Shown here: one piece after another, positions 1 to 14,905 of the stretch
Layout of the letters: the number at the start of each line of letters is the position of its first letter
How positions within the stretch are numbered: position 1 is the first letter of the stretch
Assembly: GCF_009914755.1 (NCBI RefSeq)
Contig: NC_060925.1
Reading direction: 5' to 3' (one strand)
Length of the DNA stretch: 64,000 bases
Origin: the human T2T-CHM13v2.0 reference genome, Homo sapiens
Program-made: the position numbers and the translations under genes
The notes under the pieces: model-generated
The model's database searches: none
Told to the model about the DNA's origin: nothing
The model's input: the letters and a program-made list of their open reading frames with translations, nothing else

Positions 1-35
1 TGCTGGGATTACAGGCATGAGCCACCACGTCCAGC
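1..35 (-). mobile_element. Alu 5' end, cut by the window edge
   Basis: tgctgggattacaggcatgagccacc. Confidence 0.9.
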
Positions 36-614
36 TGCTTATAGTAAAATATCCTAATGACTATAGACAATAATGTAAGATGAAAAGTCAAAGTCCTCAT
101 TAATCTGACCATGATCACTGTTATCCTCCCTGGAGAGAGTCACTGTTAAGAATTTCTTGGATCGTCTTCCAGGCCTTCCCTAAGTGCAAATACACATAAG
201 TCTTTGTTTGTATAAAAATAGGCCATAAAATATACACAGTTCTGTGACTTCCTTACTCACTTACGTCTGTATCTTGAACATATTTCCAGGTCACTATAGA
301 GAATCCAATCTCTCTTTTGTTTGCAATCAATCTCTCTTCTCTTTTTTAAGACAACCAGTTATGCCAGTGAAGTGCCCTAAACTAGAGATAGCTGGGGCGC
401 TGTCAGCCACCTTAACAGTGAGAAGAAGCAACAGGATGAAGTGGAAACAGCGTCACACAGATGGAGCCTCGAATCCCAGCATGCTAGCCATGTGTCATCT
501 TCATAGTCTTCCTAACGTCTGTGGCCTCAGATGCCACATCAGTAAATGGCACACCATATGTGATTTAGGCTAAGGGCCTGAGTGTAATAGTTGCTTAGGA
601 ATTATAGCCCTTCT

Positions 615-1145
615 TAAATAAATGGAGAAACAGTCCATGTTCATGGATTGGAAGCCTCAATGTTATTAAGATGGCAAATCTCCCCAGAGTGACCTGTAGA
701 TGCAACACAATCCCTATCAAAATCCCAGCAGGCTTTTCACTCCTTTTTAATAAGGACACCGGTCATATTGTATTAAGGTCCATCCTAATGACCTCATCTT
801 AACTCAGCTACATCTGCAAACACCTTAATCCAAATATGACATTCTGAGGTACTGGGATTAGGGCTTCAAAATATCTTTTTGGGGGAACACAAGTCAACCC
901 ATAACAGATAATTAACACAAATACATGGAAAACTATCCCATATTCATGGATTGGAAGTACTAATAGTATTTAAATGTCCATATTACCCAGAGGTCTAGAG
1001 ATTCAATGCAATCCCTATCAAAATACCCATAATGTTCTTCACAGAAGTGGGAGTAAACAATCTTAAAATTCATGTGGAAATGCAAAAGACCCTGGATAGC
1101 CAAAGCAATCGAGTAAAAGGAACAAAGCTGGAGGTCTCACCACAA
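615..1145 (+). mobile_element. Two old L1 ORF2 fragments separated by an MLT1 LTR fragment (minus, ~750-906)
   Basis: catgttcatggattggaag...caatccctatcaaaat occurs twice; MLT1-like ending aacccataaca. Confidence 0.65.
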
Positions 1146-2163
1146 CACATGGTTAAGGAGTTAAAATGGGACATTTGAAACTTTATATTACTACAGAGTT
1201 TAATGCAAGATTCATGCAGATTTTTAAAAGATAAACCACGACACGTCACAGGAATATCTAGCTTTTGATATGTCCCCATGCCTTCCACAGGTACCCTCCT
1301 ACAGCTCCCCTCCACTGTCCCCTCCCTAAGGGGGTACAATTCAGCTCTTTTGCCCTAAAGAGCATTTGGATGGAAAGTTTGAGATGTCCTAACAGTTGAG
1401 TGCTACTATAATGTTTATTTCATGGGGGATGAGGAGGTGGGGAAGGAGGGGTGGAAACAGGCGGGAAGGAGGGGTGGAAACAGGCTGGGAGGAGGGGCCA
1501 GAGGGTACCTACAAAAGCTATATATTATCCTTTATTTTGCTTGACCAAAGCAACCAACAAAATGTAACTCCAGGTTTCTAAGAGCTAATTTTAGAATACT
1601 TATTAAGATTCCTCCCCATTCCCTCAGCACCCTATCAAATACTAAGACTGGCACTATATTAATACAGGTGACATCAAAGGACTATAATCCATCTATCTTT
1701 TTGACCCTTGGCCCATTTGCCTTATTCAGAACAGCAAAGTTGTGGTTATCGGATGCCACCAAGTGCATCTGATGCTATGTCCCCAAAAGCTCCTCTACAA
1801 TTGTGTCCATTGGCACCACTGGTCTTGTTGGTAATCACAGTGGGAAAAGCCCCTGATGAGCTGGATGTCACTTTATTGCTAACAACCTCTTTCTCCCTCA
1901 AATTCTTGTTTACCCTCAAAAGTGACTCTCTACATTGGCGTTGACTTTGGGAAAATGCCCTGAGCTGTAGGTACTCTTAAGAGTTGTGCACTTTTCAGAA
2001 TGTACATTATCCTTCAAGAGATTGTTTATTTAAAAAATGTATTTATAAATGAGATTAGACTGTAATATCACTGACGACTAAACAGTGGTCATTATTTTAG
2101 AGTGTTGCAGTCAGCGCTAACCTTTTTTTTTTGTGCATCGATTTTTCCAGTGTTCTGAGATCT

Positions 2164-2867
2164 TGTTACTGGTGGCGAATCCATACAGGTCTGCAGCAAC
2201 CTCAATTCTTGCCTCTTCAGAACACAGAATTCAACCAAGGGACCTAAGGCAGAAGGAGAGACCAAGGCAAGTTTAGAGCTGGAGTGAAAATTTCTTGAAA
2301 AGTTTTAGGATAGGAGTGAAAGGAAGTTAAGTACACTTGGGAGAGGGCCAAGAGGGCGGCTTGAGAGACCAAGTGCATTGTTTGACCTTTGACTTGGGGT
2401 TTAATACTTCAGCATGCTTCCAGGGGCTTGCGGTCCTTCTCCTCTGATTCTTCCCTTGGGTGGGCTGTCCGCATGCGCGGTGGCCTGCCAGCGCTCAGGA
2501 GGGGCCTCAAGTGCAGTGCGTTTACCAAAATTGTGCACAAGCTCACTTGAGGCGCTCTTTCCTTACCAGTCGAGTGTTACTAGAGGAAGGTCGTATACCA
2601 GTTAAACTCCACCAGTTTGCCTCTTAGTGTGCGTGCTTAGCCTACTCGCCCACCTCCTGAGATCTTATCGGGAAGCTGCTCATCACCAGTTTCAGGTATT
2701 TTCTGTCTATTGGGAGACAACATTTCCCAGGCACTTGCTACAACCAATTATTATTCTAGACAGTTAACAACTGCCTGACCATCACTAGATGGTCGCCTGA
2801 CATTCCTGGTGTGTGCAGGGGGCCCTCTCCTGCCCTGCTTGTGTCTGACTAGCTACCTACTGTAACA
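2164..2867 (-). mobile_element. ERV1 solo LTR, MER50-like
   Basis: TGTTAC...GTAACA termini with a 4-bp TSD ATCT (2160-2163, 2868-2871); ggtctgcagcaacctcaattcttgcctc is typical of MER50. Confidence 0.85.
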
Positions 2868-2988
2868 ATCTCATGAAATAACTTTTGTCAAACAACTGGA
2901 ACAATTTATCGTAGATGGAAATACCTATTACTGTCTACAGCTTGTCAGGGATGGGTGCATGTGTTTGAAACTCAGAGAGGATGTTTTA

Positions 2989-4150
<1,162 letters not shown>

Positions 4151-4869
4151 AAATAATTGGGGCTTAAAACTTTGGGTCTCTGTTTTCAGTGTTCAAAAAG
4201 TCTCTGGATTCATTGATGCTAATGAGGTTGATGAACATTTCAGAACCTGTCTGTTCCTTCTGTTTTATGATCGTGACTGAGTTTTCTGGAGCTGTCAGGT
4301 AGGAGCTAGGCCACACATCTGGGGCTCGGCACCAGAAAAGGTAGGCTGGAATTGCAGGAAGACAGGAGAAGCTACTGGTTCTTTGCTGAGAATGTTAGAG
4401 CCGTGTTCTCTCCGGGTTAGAGAGCACAGGATGAGCGCTGTGCCTGGGTACCAGTCATTCTGTGAGGAAATGATGGGACAGCCCTCTGCCTCTTCCCTTC
4501 CTGCAGCACAGGCAGGGATATAATCCATAATTAATGGTCATTCCTCAGGAATGGAGTTCAAGGAGCCTGTCTTTCCCGTCCCCATATTCCCCCTTAAAGA
4601 GTGGCCCATTGTTGACAGCCATATCTGAGACTGTTTAGGCAGCATCTCCAGACCTTTGCACACACTATTTATTCATTTATCAGGAATGCCCACTCTTCTA
4701 TCTGCTTGGCAAACTTCTCTTTCCCTTCAAGACCCAGCTCAGGCACAACATTCCCTATCCCCCGATTAACCTCTGCACCCTGCTTTAAGCCCAACATTTG
4801 GCACAAAGCAGGTGTCCAATGAATGCATGACACATGCATGCACTTTCAGGAAAGAAGACATGGCATGCA

Positions 4870-5275
4870 GAAAGAGTGGGCTTTGGCAACTGGAGAAAGC
4901 TCAGTTTGAATTCTAGACCTGAAATTTACCAACTGTGAGACCTTAAGTGGCTTAACCTCCCTGTGTCTCCATGTAATCATTCATGAAATGGTAACAGCAA
5001 TATTTATCCCCATAGACTTAATAAAGGTAAGATCATTTTGTGAATGTTAAAGCACTATACAAAAGTAAGAAACAGCAAGCACTTACTGTGTTCTTGCTAT
5101 ATGCAATGCACTTTCACTGATCTCATTTAGCTCCACAATAAAAATGAGATGAATAGTAACATTCTAATTTTACAAAAAAGCAAAAGGAGAGTCAAAGAGG
5201 TAAAGGGACTGGCCCAGCAGATGGCAGGCCCAGACTCGCTCTCAGGTTCCTCCCACTCCAAGTCCTATGCTCCTT
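4870..5275. mobile_element. MIR elements
   Basis: MIR core-like tgtgagaccttaagtggcttaacctccctgtgtctc, plus an oppositely oriented MIR piece. Confidence 0.55.
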
Positions 5276-5570
5276 GTGCACAAGGGTGGAACACACTCTG
5301 CCTGGTGCGCTACAGGAAAGAGCACAATGATCTGAGATGATGAGCCCAGCAGCTCATCTACAGTTGGGTGTAGCTATAGGGCTGACAATCCAACTCTCGC
5401 TTATGAATTATTCAAGTCTTAACCCCATCGGACCTCTAAACACACCAAGTATAACTGTTGATCTCAAATTTCACAAATAGTTCTTTTCCCTCTCCTAAAG
5501 GATTCCACATGTATCTCAATGCCACAAAGGTGTTTCCTGCTCAAATTAGGCTACTTCCCAATAGGACTGA

Positions 5571-6213
<643 letters not shown>

Positions 6214-8335
6214 TGAGCCACAGCTTGCGTCCTTCTTCTCGTTTTTCCTGTTGAGTGAATGGATGAAAGTTGTTTCTGAAGAGAGAAGAGGCCATATGTT
6301 GCTCACAGGTCATATGGAAGACCCACCCTGTGGAATCAAGAGTTGCAAGTGCTGAAGCTGTGACATTCTACCCAGAGGAAGGGATTTTTCCTCATTTTCT
6401 ATTCACATTTTCCAAATAAGAAAACAGAGTAGGGGCCAAGGAAGTGTTTGGTTTCTGGGTTTTTAATATCAGTTGTCCTGGCAAATGCCAGTTATCCATG
6501 GCTGTGTAATGAATCATCCCTAAACTTAGGACCAAAAATAAGAGCAATCACTTTTTTACAGGTTGAGTATCCCTTATCCAAAATGCTTGGGAACAGAGGA
6601 CTAGATTGCAGCTCCGACTCGGATGGACAGAGCAGTGTGTGGAGGCTCACATCATGAATTTTAGCTCCAGAATGACTGCAAGAACAAACCAGGAATCCTG
6701 AGAGGACCCACAGACCCAATGAAGGAAGCGGGCTGCTCCTGCAGGACCCGGGAGTCACCCCAAGTACTGTGCTGGTATCCATGGCTGAGAGACCCATAGA
6801 TGGTTCACATCACAGGACTCTGTGTAGACAACCCCCAGTACCAGCCTGGAGCCAGGTAGACTCGCTGGGTGGCTAGACCCAGAAGAGAGGCAACAATCAC
6901 TGCAGTTCGGCTCACAGGAAGCCACATCCATAGGAAAAGGAGGAGCATACTACATCAAGGGAACACCCCGTGGGACAAAAGAATCTGAACAACAGTCTTC
7001 AGCCCTAGACCTTCCCTCTGACAGAGCCTACCCAAATGAGAAGGAAACAGAAAACCAACCCTGGTAATATGACAAAACAAGGCTCTTCAACACCCCCCAA
7101 AAATCACACTAGCTCACCAGCAATGGATCCAAATCCAGAAGAAATCCCTGATTGACCTGAAAAAGAATTCAGGTGTTTAGTTACTAAGCTAATTAGGGAG
7201 GGACCAGAGAAAGGCAAAGTCCAATGCAAGGAAATCCAAAAAAAATGATACAAGAAGTGAAGGGAGAAATATTCAAGGAAATAGATAGCAAAAAGAAAAA
7301 ACAATCAAAACTTCAGGAAACATTGGACACGCTTACAGAACGCAAAATGCTCTGGAAAGTCTCAGCAGTAGAATTGAGCAAATAGAAGAAAGAAATTCAG
7401 AGCTCAAAGACAAGGTCTTTGAATTAACCCAATCCAACAAAGATAAAGAAAAAAAGAAAAAGAAAATATGAGCAAACCCTCGAAGAAGTTGGGGATTATG
7501 TTAAATGACTAAACCTAAGAATAATCAGTGTTCCTGAGGAAGAAGAGAAATCTAAAATTTTGGAAAACATATTTCAGGGAATAATCAAGGAAAACTTCCC
7601 CGGCCTTGCTAGAGACGTAGACATCCAAATACAAGAAGCACAAAGAGCACCTAGGAAATTCATCTCAAAAAGATCTTCGCCTAGGCACATTGTCATCAGG
7701 TTATCCAAAGTTAAGATGAAGGAAAGAATCTTAAGAGCTGTGAGACAGAAGTACCAGGTAACCTATAAAAGAAAACCTATCAGATTAACAGCAGATTTCT
7801 CAGCAGGAACCCTACAAGCTAGAAGGGATTGGGGCCCTATCTTCAGCCTCCTCAAACAAAACAGTTATCAGCCAAGAATTTCGTATCCAGTGACACAAAG
7901 CATCATATATGAAGGAAAGATACAGTCGTTTTTAGACAAACAATGCTGAGAGAATTCACCATCACCAAGCCACCACTAGAAGAACTGCTGAAAGGAGCTC
8001 TAAATCTTGTAACAAATCCTGGAAACACATCAAAACAGAACCTCTTTAAAGCATAAATCACACAGGGCCTATAAAACAAACATGCAAGTTAAAAAGCAAA
8101 AGCCAAAACCAAAAAAAACCTAAGTACACAGGCAACAAAGAGCATGATGAATGCAATGGTACCTCACACCTCAATAGTTACGTGGATGTAAATGGCCTAA
8201 GTGCTCCACCTAAAAGATACAGAACCACAGAATGGACAAGAACTCACCAACCGTCTGCCTGCCTTCAGGAGATTCACCTAATACGTAAGGACTCACATCT
8301 CACATAAACTTACAGGGGTGGAAAAAGGCATTTCA

Positions 8336-8632
8336 GCCAGGCTTGGTGGCTCATGCCACCCAGCACTTTGGGAGGCCGAGGTGGGCGGATCATGAGGTCA
8401 GGAGTTCAAGACCAACCTGGCCAGCATGGTGAAACCCCGTCTCTACTAAAAATACAAAAAATTAGCTTGGCATGGTGGCACGTGCCTGTAGTCGCAGCTA
8501 CTCAGGAGCCTGAGGCAGGAGAATTGCTTGAACCCGGCAGGCAGAGGTTGCAGTGAACCAAGGTTGCACCACTGCACTCCACCTGGGCAACAGAGAGAGA
8601 CTTTGTCTCAAAAAAAAAAAAAAAAAAAAAAA
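8336..8632 (+). mobile_element. AluS inserted in L1 ORF2
   Basis: Alu consensus, A tail, TSD-like aaaaaggca on both sides. Confidence 0.92.
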
Positions 8633-11600
8633 GGCAGTTTTTGCAAATAAGACAACAAAAACGAGCAGAGGTAGCTATTCTTATATCAGACAAAACAAAC
8701 TTTAAAGCAACAGCAGTTAAAAGAGACAAACAGGAACATTATATACTGATAAAAGGCCTTGTCCAATAGGAAAATATCACAATCCTAAACATATATGCAC
8801 CTAACACTGGAGCTCCCAAATTTATAAAACAATTACTAATAGACCTAAGAAATGAGACAAACAGCAACATAATAATAATGGGGGACTTCAATACTCCACT
8901 GACAGCATCAGACAGGTCAAGACAGAAAGTTAACAAAGAAACAATGGATTTAAACTATACCTTGGAACAAATGGACTCAACCGATATATATAGAACATTT
9001 CATACAACAACTACAGAATACACATTCTATTAAAAGCACATGGAACTTTCTCCAAGATAGATCATATGATAGGCAGCAAAGAGCCTCAATAAATTTAAGA
9101 AAACTGAAATTATATCAAGCGCTCTATCAGACCACAGTGGAATAAAACTGGAAATCAACTCCAAAAGGAACCTTCAAAACCATGCAAATACATGGAAATT
9201 AAATAACCTGCTCCTGAATGATCATTGGGGCAAAAACAAAATCAAGATGAAAATTTAAAAATTCTTCGAACTGAACGACAATAATGACACAACCAATCAA
9301 AACCTCTGGGATACAGCAAAGGCGGTCTTAAGAGGAAAGTTCATAGCCCTAAATGCCTACATCAAAAAGACTGAAAGAGCACAAACTGACATTCTAAGGT
9401 CACACCTCAAGGAACTAGAGAAACAAGAACAAAGCAAACCCAAATCCAGCAGAAGAAAGGAAATAAACAAGATCAGAGCAGAACTAAATCAAATTGAAAT
9501 TCAAAACAGTCAAATGATACATGTAACAAAAAGCTGGTTCATTGAAAAGATAAATAAAATTGATAGACCCTTAGCAAGATTAACCAAGAAAAGAAGAGAG
9601 AAACTCCAAATAACCTCATTAAGAAATGAAACAGTAGGTATTACAACTGACACCACTGAAATACAAAAGATCATTCAAGGCTACTGTGAATACATTTACA
9701 GACATAAACTAGAAAGTCTAGAAGAGACAGATACATTCCTGGAAAAATACAACCCTCCTAGCTTAAATCAGGAAGAATTAGATACCCTGAATAGACCACT
9801 AACAAGCAGTGAGATTGAAATGGTAATTTAAAAATTACCAACAAAAAAAAAGTCCAGGGTCAGATGGATTCCCAGCAGAATTCTACCAGACATTCAAAGA
9901 AGAATTGGTACCAATCAATCCTTTTGACACAATTCCACAAGATAGAGAAAGAGGGAACCCTCCCTAACTCATTATATGAAGCCAGCATCACCCTAATACC
10001 AAAACCAGGAAAGGACGTAACCAAAAAAGAAAACTACAGACCGATATCCTTGACGAACACAGAAGCTAAAATCCTTAACAAAATACTAGCTAACCAAATC
10101 CAACAACATATCAAAAAGATAATCCACCATGATCAAGTGGGTTTCATACCAGGGATGCAGGGATGGTTTAACATATGTAAGCCAATAAATGTGATACACC
10201 ACATAAAATAGGATTAAAAACAAAAATCACATGATCATCTCAATAGATGCAGAAAAAGCATTTAACAAAATCCAGCATCCTTTATGATTAAAATTCTCAG
10301 CAAAATTGGCATACAAGGGACATACCTTAATGTAATAAAAGCCGTCTATGACAAACCTACAGCCAACATAATACTGAATGGGGAAAAGTTGAAAGGATTC
10401 CCTCTGAGAATTAAAACAAGACAAGGATGCCCACTCTCACCACTCCCCTTCAACATAGTACTGGAAGTCCTAGCCAGAGCAATCAGACAAGAGGAAGAAA
10501 TAAAGGGCATCCAAATCAGTAAAGAGGAAGTCAAACTTTCACTGTTTGCTGCCGATATGATCGTTTACCTAGAAAACCCTAAAGACTCCTCCAGAAACCT
10601 CTTACAACTGATAAGAGAATTCAGCAAAGTTTCCGGATACAAGATTAATGTACAAAAATCAGTAGCTTTTCTAACACCAACAATGACCAACCGGAGAATC
10701 AAATTAAAAAAACCTAACCTCTTTTACAATAGCTGCAAAAAAATTACAATACTTAGGAATATACCTAACCACGGAGGTGAAAGACCTCTACAAGGAAAAC
10801 TACAAAACACTGCTGAAAGAAATCATAGATGGCACAAACAAATGGAAACACATCCCATGGTCCTAGATGGGTAGAATCAATATTGTGAAAATGACCACAC
10901 TACCAAAAGCAATTTATAAATTCAATGCAATCCCCATCAAAATACCACCGTCATTCTTCACAGAATTAGAAAAAACAATCCTAAAATTCATATGGAACCA
11001 AAAAAGAGCCCACATAGCCAAGCAAGACTAAGCAAAAAGAACAAATCTGGAGGCATCACACTACCCGATTTCAAATTACATGTCCGTAGTCACCAAAACA
11101 GCATGGTGCTGGTATGAAAATAGGCACATAGACCAATGGAACAGAATAGAGAACCCAGAAATAAACCCAAATACTTACAGCCAACTGATCTTCAAAAAAG
11201 CAAACAAAATCATAAAGTGGGGAAAGGACACCCTTTTCAACAACTGGTGCTGGGATAATTGTGTAGCCACCTGTAGGCAAATGAAACTGGATCCTCATCT
11301 CTCAGCTTACACAAAAATCTACTCAAGATGGACTAAGGACTTAAATCTAAGACCTGAAACCTTACAAATTCTAGAAGATAACATTGAAAAAACCCTTCTA
11401 GACATTGGCTTAGGCAAGGATTTCATGACCAAGAACCCAAAAGCAAATGCAATAGAAACAAAGATAAATAGCTGGGACTTAATTAAACTAAAGAGCTTTG
11501 CACGGCAAAAGGAACAGTCAGCAGAGTAAACAGACAATCCACAGAGTGGGAGAAAATCTTCACAGTCTAGACATCTGACAAAGGACCAATATCCAGAATC

Positions 11601-11820
11601 TACAATGAACTCAAACAATATCAGCAAGAAATAAACAAACAATCCCATCAAAAAGTGGGCTAAGGACAATAGACAATTCTCAGAAGAAGATATACAAATA
11701 GCCAAAAAACTTATGAAAAAATACTCAACATCACTAATGATCAGGGAAATGCAAATGAAAACCACAATGTGATACCACCTAACTCCTGCAAGAATGGCCA
11801 TAATAAAAAAATCAAAAAAC

Positions 11821-12114
11821 GGCCGGGCGCGGTGGCTCACGCCTGTAATCCCAGCACTTTGAGTGGCCGAGGCGGGTGGATCACGAGGTCAGGAGTTCAA
11901 GACCAGCCTGGCCAAGATGGTGAAATCCCGTCTCAACTAAAAATACAAAAAAATTTAGCCAGGCCTGGTGGTGGGTGCCTGTAATCCCAGCTACTTGGGA
12001 GGCTGAGGCAGAGAATTGCTTGAACCCAGGAGGCAGAGGTTGCAGTGAGCCGAGATCGCGCCATCACACTCCAGCCTGAGTGACAGAGCAAGACTTCATC
12101 TCAAAAAAAAAAAA
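11821..12114 (+). mobile_element. AluS inserted in the 3' part of L1 ORF2
   Basis: Alu consensus; TSD-like aaaaat(c/t)aaaaaac. Confidence 0.92.
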
Positions 12115-12412
12115 ATTAAAAAACAGTAGATGTTGGTGTGGATGAGGTGATCAGGGAACAGTTCTACACTGCTGGTGGGAATGTAAACTAGTATGGCCTC
12201 TATGGAAAACCGTGTGGAGATTCCTTAAATAACTAAAAGTAGAACTACCATTGGATCCAGCAATCCTACTACTGGATATCTACCCTGAGGAAAAGTCATT
12301 ATACAGAAAAGATACTTGCACATGCATGTTTATAGCAGCACAATTCACAATTGCAAAATTGTGGAACCAACCCAAATACCCACCAATCAACAAGTGGATA
12401 GAGATACTGTGA

Positions 12413-12477
12413 GATAGAAGATAGATAGATAGATGATAGATAGATATCTGGTGGGCATCCTCATCTAGATATCTATC

Positions 12478-12529
<52 letters not shown>
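12413..12529. repeat. (GATA)n...(TATC)n inverted microsatellite inside the L1 3' region
   Basis: Read directly from the sequence. Confidence 0.95.
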
Positions 12530-13711
12530 GATGGAATACTACTCAGCCAAAAAAAGGAATGAATTAATGGCATTCACAGTGATCTGGATGAGATTGGAGA
12601 CTATTACTCTAAGTGAAGTAACCCAGGAATGGAAAACCAAACATCGTATATTCTTACTGATATCTAGGAGCTAAGCTATGAGGATGCAAAGGCATAATAA
12701 TGATGCAATGGGTTTGGGGATTGGGCGGAAGGGTGGGAGGGGGGTGAGGGATAAAAGACTACAAATATGGTGCAGTGTATACTGCTTGGGTGATGAGTGC
12801 ACCAAAATCCCACAAATCACCACTAAGGAACTTATTCATGTAACCAAATACCACCTGTTCCCCAATTACCTATGGAAAAAAACACCCAAAATGCTTGGGA
12901 ACAGAAATGTTTTGGATTTTGGATTTTTTTTTAAATATTGGAATATTTGCGTTATACTCACCAGTTGAGCATCCCTGATCCAAAAATGAGAAATCCAAAA
13001 TGTGCCAATATTCATTTCCTTTGAGCATGACCTTTGAGCATCATATCGGCACTCGAAGAGTTTTGAACTTTGGAGTATTTCAGATTTTATAAATTTTGGA
13101 TTAGGGCTGCTCAGCCTGTTTTCTCTCTCATGGTCTGAAATTGACTGGGGTCTCCTGGACCATTCTTGTGAGACTGCGGTCAGACAGTGGCTTGGGCTGG
13201 AGTCACGGGGGCGGTCTCTTTGTTTGCATGTCTAGTGATTGATGTCTGCTGTAGGCTGAGGCTACAGTTGGAGCTGCCACCCCAGGCACATGGCCTCTTC
13301 ATGTGGCCTGAGCTTCCTCCTATCACAGAACCGGAGAGAGAGAATCCCAAGAAGACTGGACGGAAGCTGTTTCACCTTGTATGACCCAGCCTCAGAACCC
13401 ACATGTCATCCCCTCTGCTATAGTCATAGGCCCATCCAGATTCAAGGAGAGGGACATAGGCCCTAGTTCTTGGTGAGAGGAATGTCAATATCACATCGAC
13501 ACACCATTGTAAGAATATGTGGGGTGGGAGATTGTGTTCAGGCCATTTTGGAAAATACCATATGCCACAGGGTGCAGCCTGGACATTTTCCGCCTCATGA
13601 CTTCTTGGCTGGTACTTTTGTTCTAATTCGTACTGAGCAGGAATTGACTACATGTAGATTAAAACCTTCCGTATGTCCCCAAATCCCCCAGAACAAAAAA
13701 CCAACAAAAAA

Positions 13712-14048
13712 GCTGGGCGCAGTGGCTCACGCCTGTAACCAGCACTTTTTGAGAGGTTGAGGCTGGCAGATCATGAGGTCAGGAGTTCAAGACCAGCCTG
13801 GCCAACATGGTGAAACCCCATCTCTACTAAAAATACAAAACTTAGCCAGGTGTGGTGGCACATGCCTGTAATCCCAGCTGCTGGAGAGGCTGAGGCAGGA
13901 GAATAGCTTGAACCCAGGAGACAGAGGTTGCAGTGAGCCAAGATTGCAGTGAGCCAAGATCACGCCATTGCACTCCAGCCTGGGCAACAGAGCAAAACCC
14001 TGTCTCAAAAAAACAAACAAACAAACAAACAACAACAACAACAACAAA
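13712..14048 (+). mobile_element. AluS with an internal 16-bp tandem duplication and (CAAA)/(CAA) tail
   Basis: ttgcagtgagccaaga x2 at 13928-13959. Confidence 0.9.
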
Positions 14049-14236
14049 CCCTTGGGGAATATTATTTGCAAAATAGACAACAAAAGGTTAATTAGCTTTA
14101 AAATGTAAAGGACACTTATAAATCAGTGAGATTCTCCCAATTAGAAAAAAGAACTGAGGACTAGAAGGACAATTGACAAAAGAACTTTAAGTGGCTAGTG
14201 TGCATTTCAAAAGTTTACCGCAACTTAAAGAGTGTA

Positions 14237-14905
14237 ATTTTTTTTCTTTTTAGAGACTGAGCCTCAGTATGTTGCCCAGGATGGGCCTCAAACTCCTAGC
14301 TTCAAGCAGTCCTCCCATGTTGGCCTCCCAAAGTGCTGGGATTACAGGCGTGAGTCACTGCAACCAGCCAATAATGTAAATTTTAATAAACAAACACCAC
14401 CTATGTAATTGGCAAAAATGAAAAAATAAACTATGCAAAGGCAAAAACATAGGTAAACGGGCCCTCTCCAACACTCCCGCTGGTGGAAGTATAAAGTGGT
14501 ACAAACTTTCTGTAAGGCAGTTGGGGAGTATCTATTGAAAGTCTTAAATTTTTAAATAATCCTGAGTTGAAATTTATCCTAAAGATATTAATAAGGACAC
14601 TGAGGGTCGGGCGTGGTGGCTCATGCCTGTAATCCCAGCACTTTGGGAGGCCGAGGCGGGTGAATCATGAGGTCAGGAGATTGAGACCATCCTGGATAAC
14701 ATGGTGAAACCACATCCCTACTACAAATATAAAAAATTAGCTGGGCATGGTGGCACATGCCTGTGGTCGCAGCTGCTCGGGAGGCTGAGGCAGGAGAATT
14801 GTTGAACCCGGGAGGCGGAGGTTGCAGTGAGCTGAGATTGCACCACTGCACTCCAGCCTGGGCAACAGAGCGTGACTCTCAAAAAAAAAAAAAAAAAAAA
14901 AAAAA
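14237..14905. mobile_element. FLAM/Alu monomer (minus, 14237-14369) and AluS (plus, 14605-14905)
   Basis: Alu consensus; TSD aaggacactga around the second element. Confidence 0.85.

Larger units (their letters stand above)
6598..12885 (+). mobile_element. Near full-length inactive LINE-1, L1PB-like
   Basis: ORF1 remnants from the ATG at 7036; endonuclease/RT remnants from ~8144 (e.g. RQGCPLSP, and LFAAD where FADD is expected); L1PB-type 3' end; TSD CCAAAATGCTTGGGAACAGA at 6578-6597 and 12886-12905. Confidence 0.93.
6559..13118 (+). mobile_element. Tigger4/MER46 (Zombi)-like DNA transposon split by the L1 (6559-6597 plus 12886-13118)
   Basis: Starts ta-caggttgagtatcccttatcc, resumes after the L1 TSD, and ends with the degenerate TIR agggctgctcagcctg. 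Confidence 0.8.
6480..13569 (-). mobile_element. MLT1 (H/G-like) MaLR LTR split by Tigger4 (~6480-6556 plus 13119-13569)
   Basis: cagttatccatggctgtgtaatgaatcatccctaaacttag ... ggctggagtca ... catatgccaca resembles the reverse strand of MLT1. Confidence 0.6.

Noticed and set aside
615-1145. Apparent local duplication of an L1 ORF2 segment
   Set aside because: The two copies are too diverged from each other to call a recent duplication; two independent old L1 fragments explain it equally well.
7036-12600. Active L1 or domesticated reverse transcriptase
   Set aside because: ORF1 and ORF2 are broken by stops, frameshifts and two Alus, and the RT catalytic motif reads FAAD instead of FADD.
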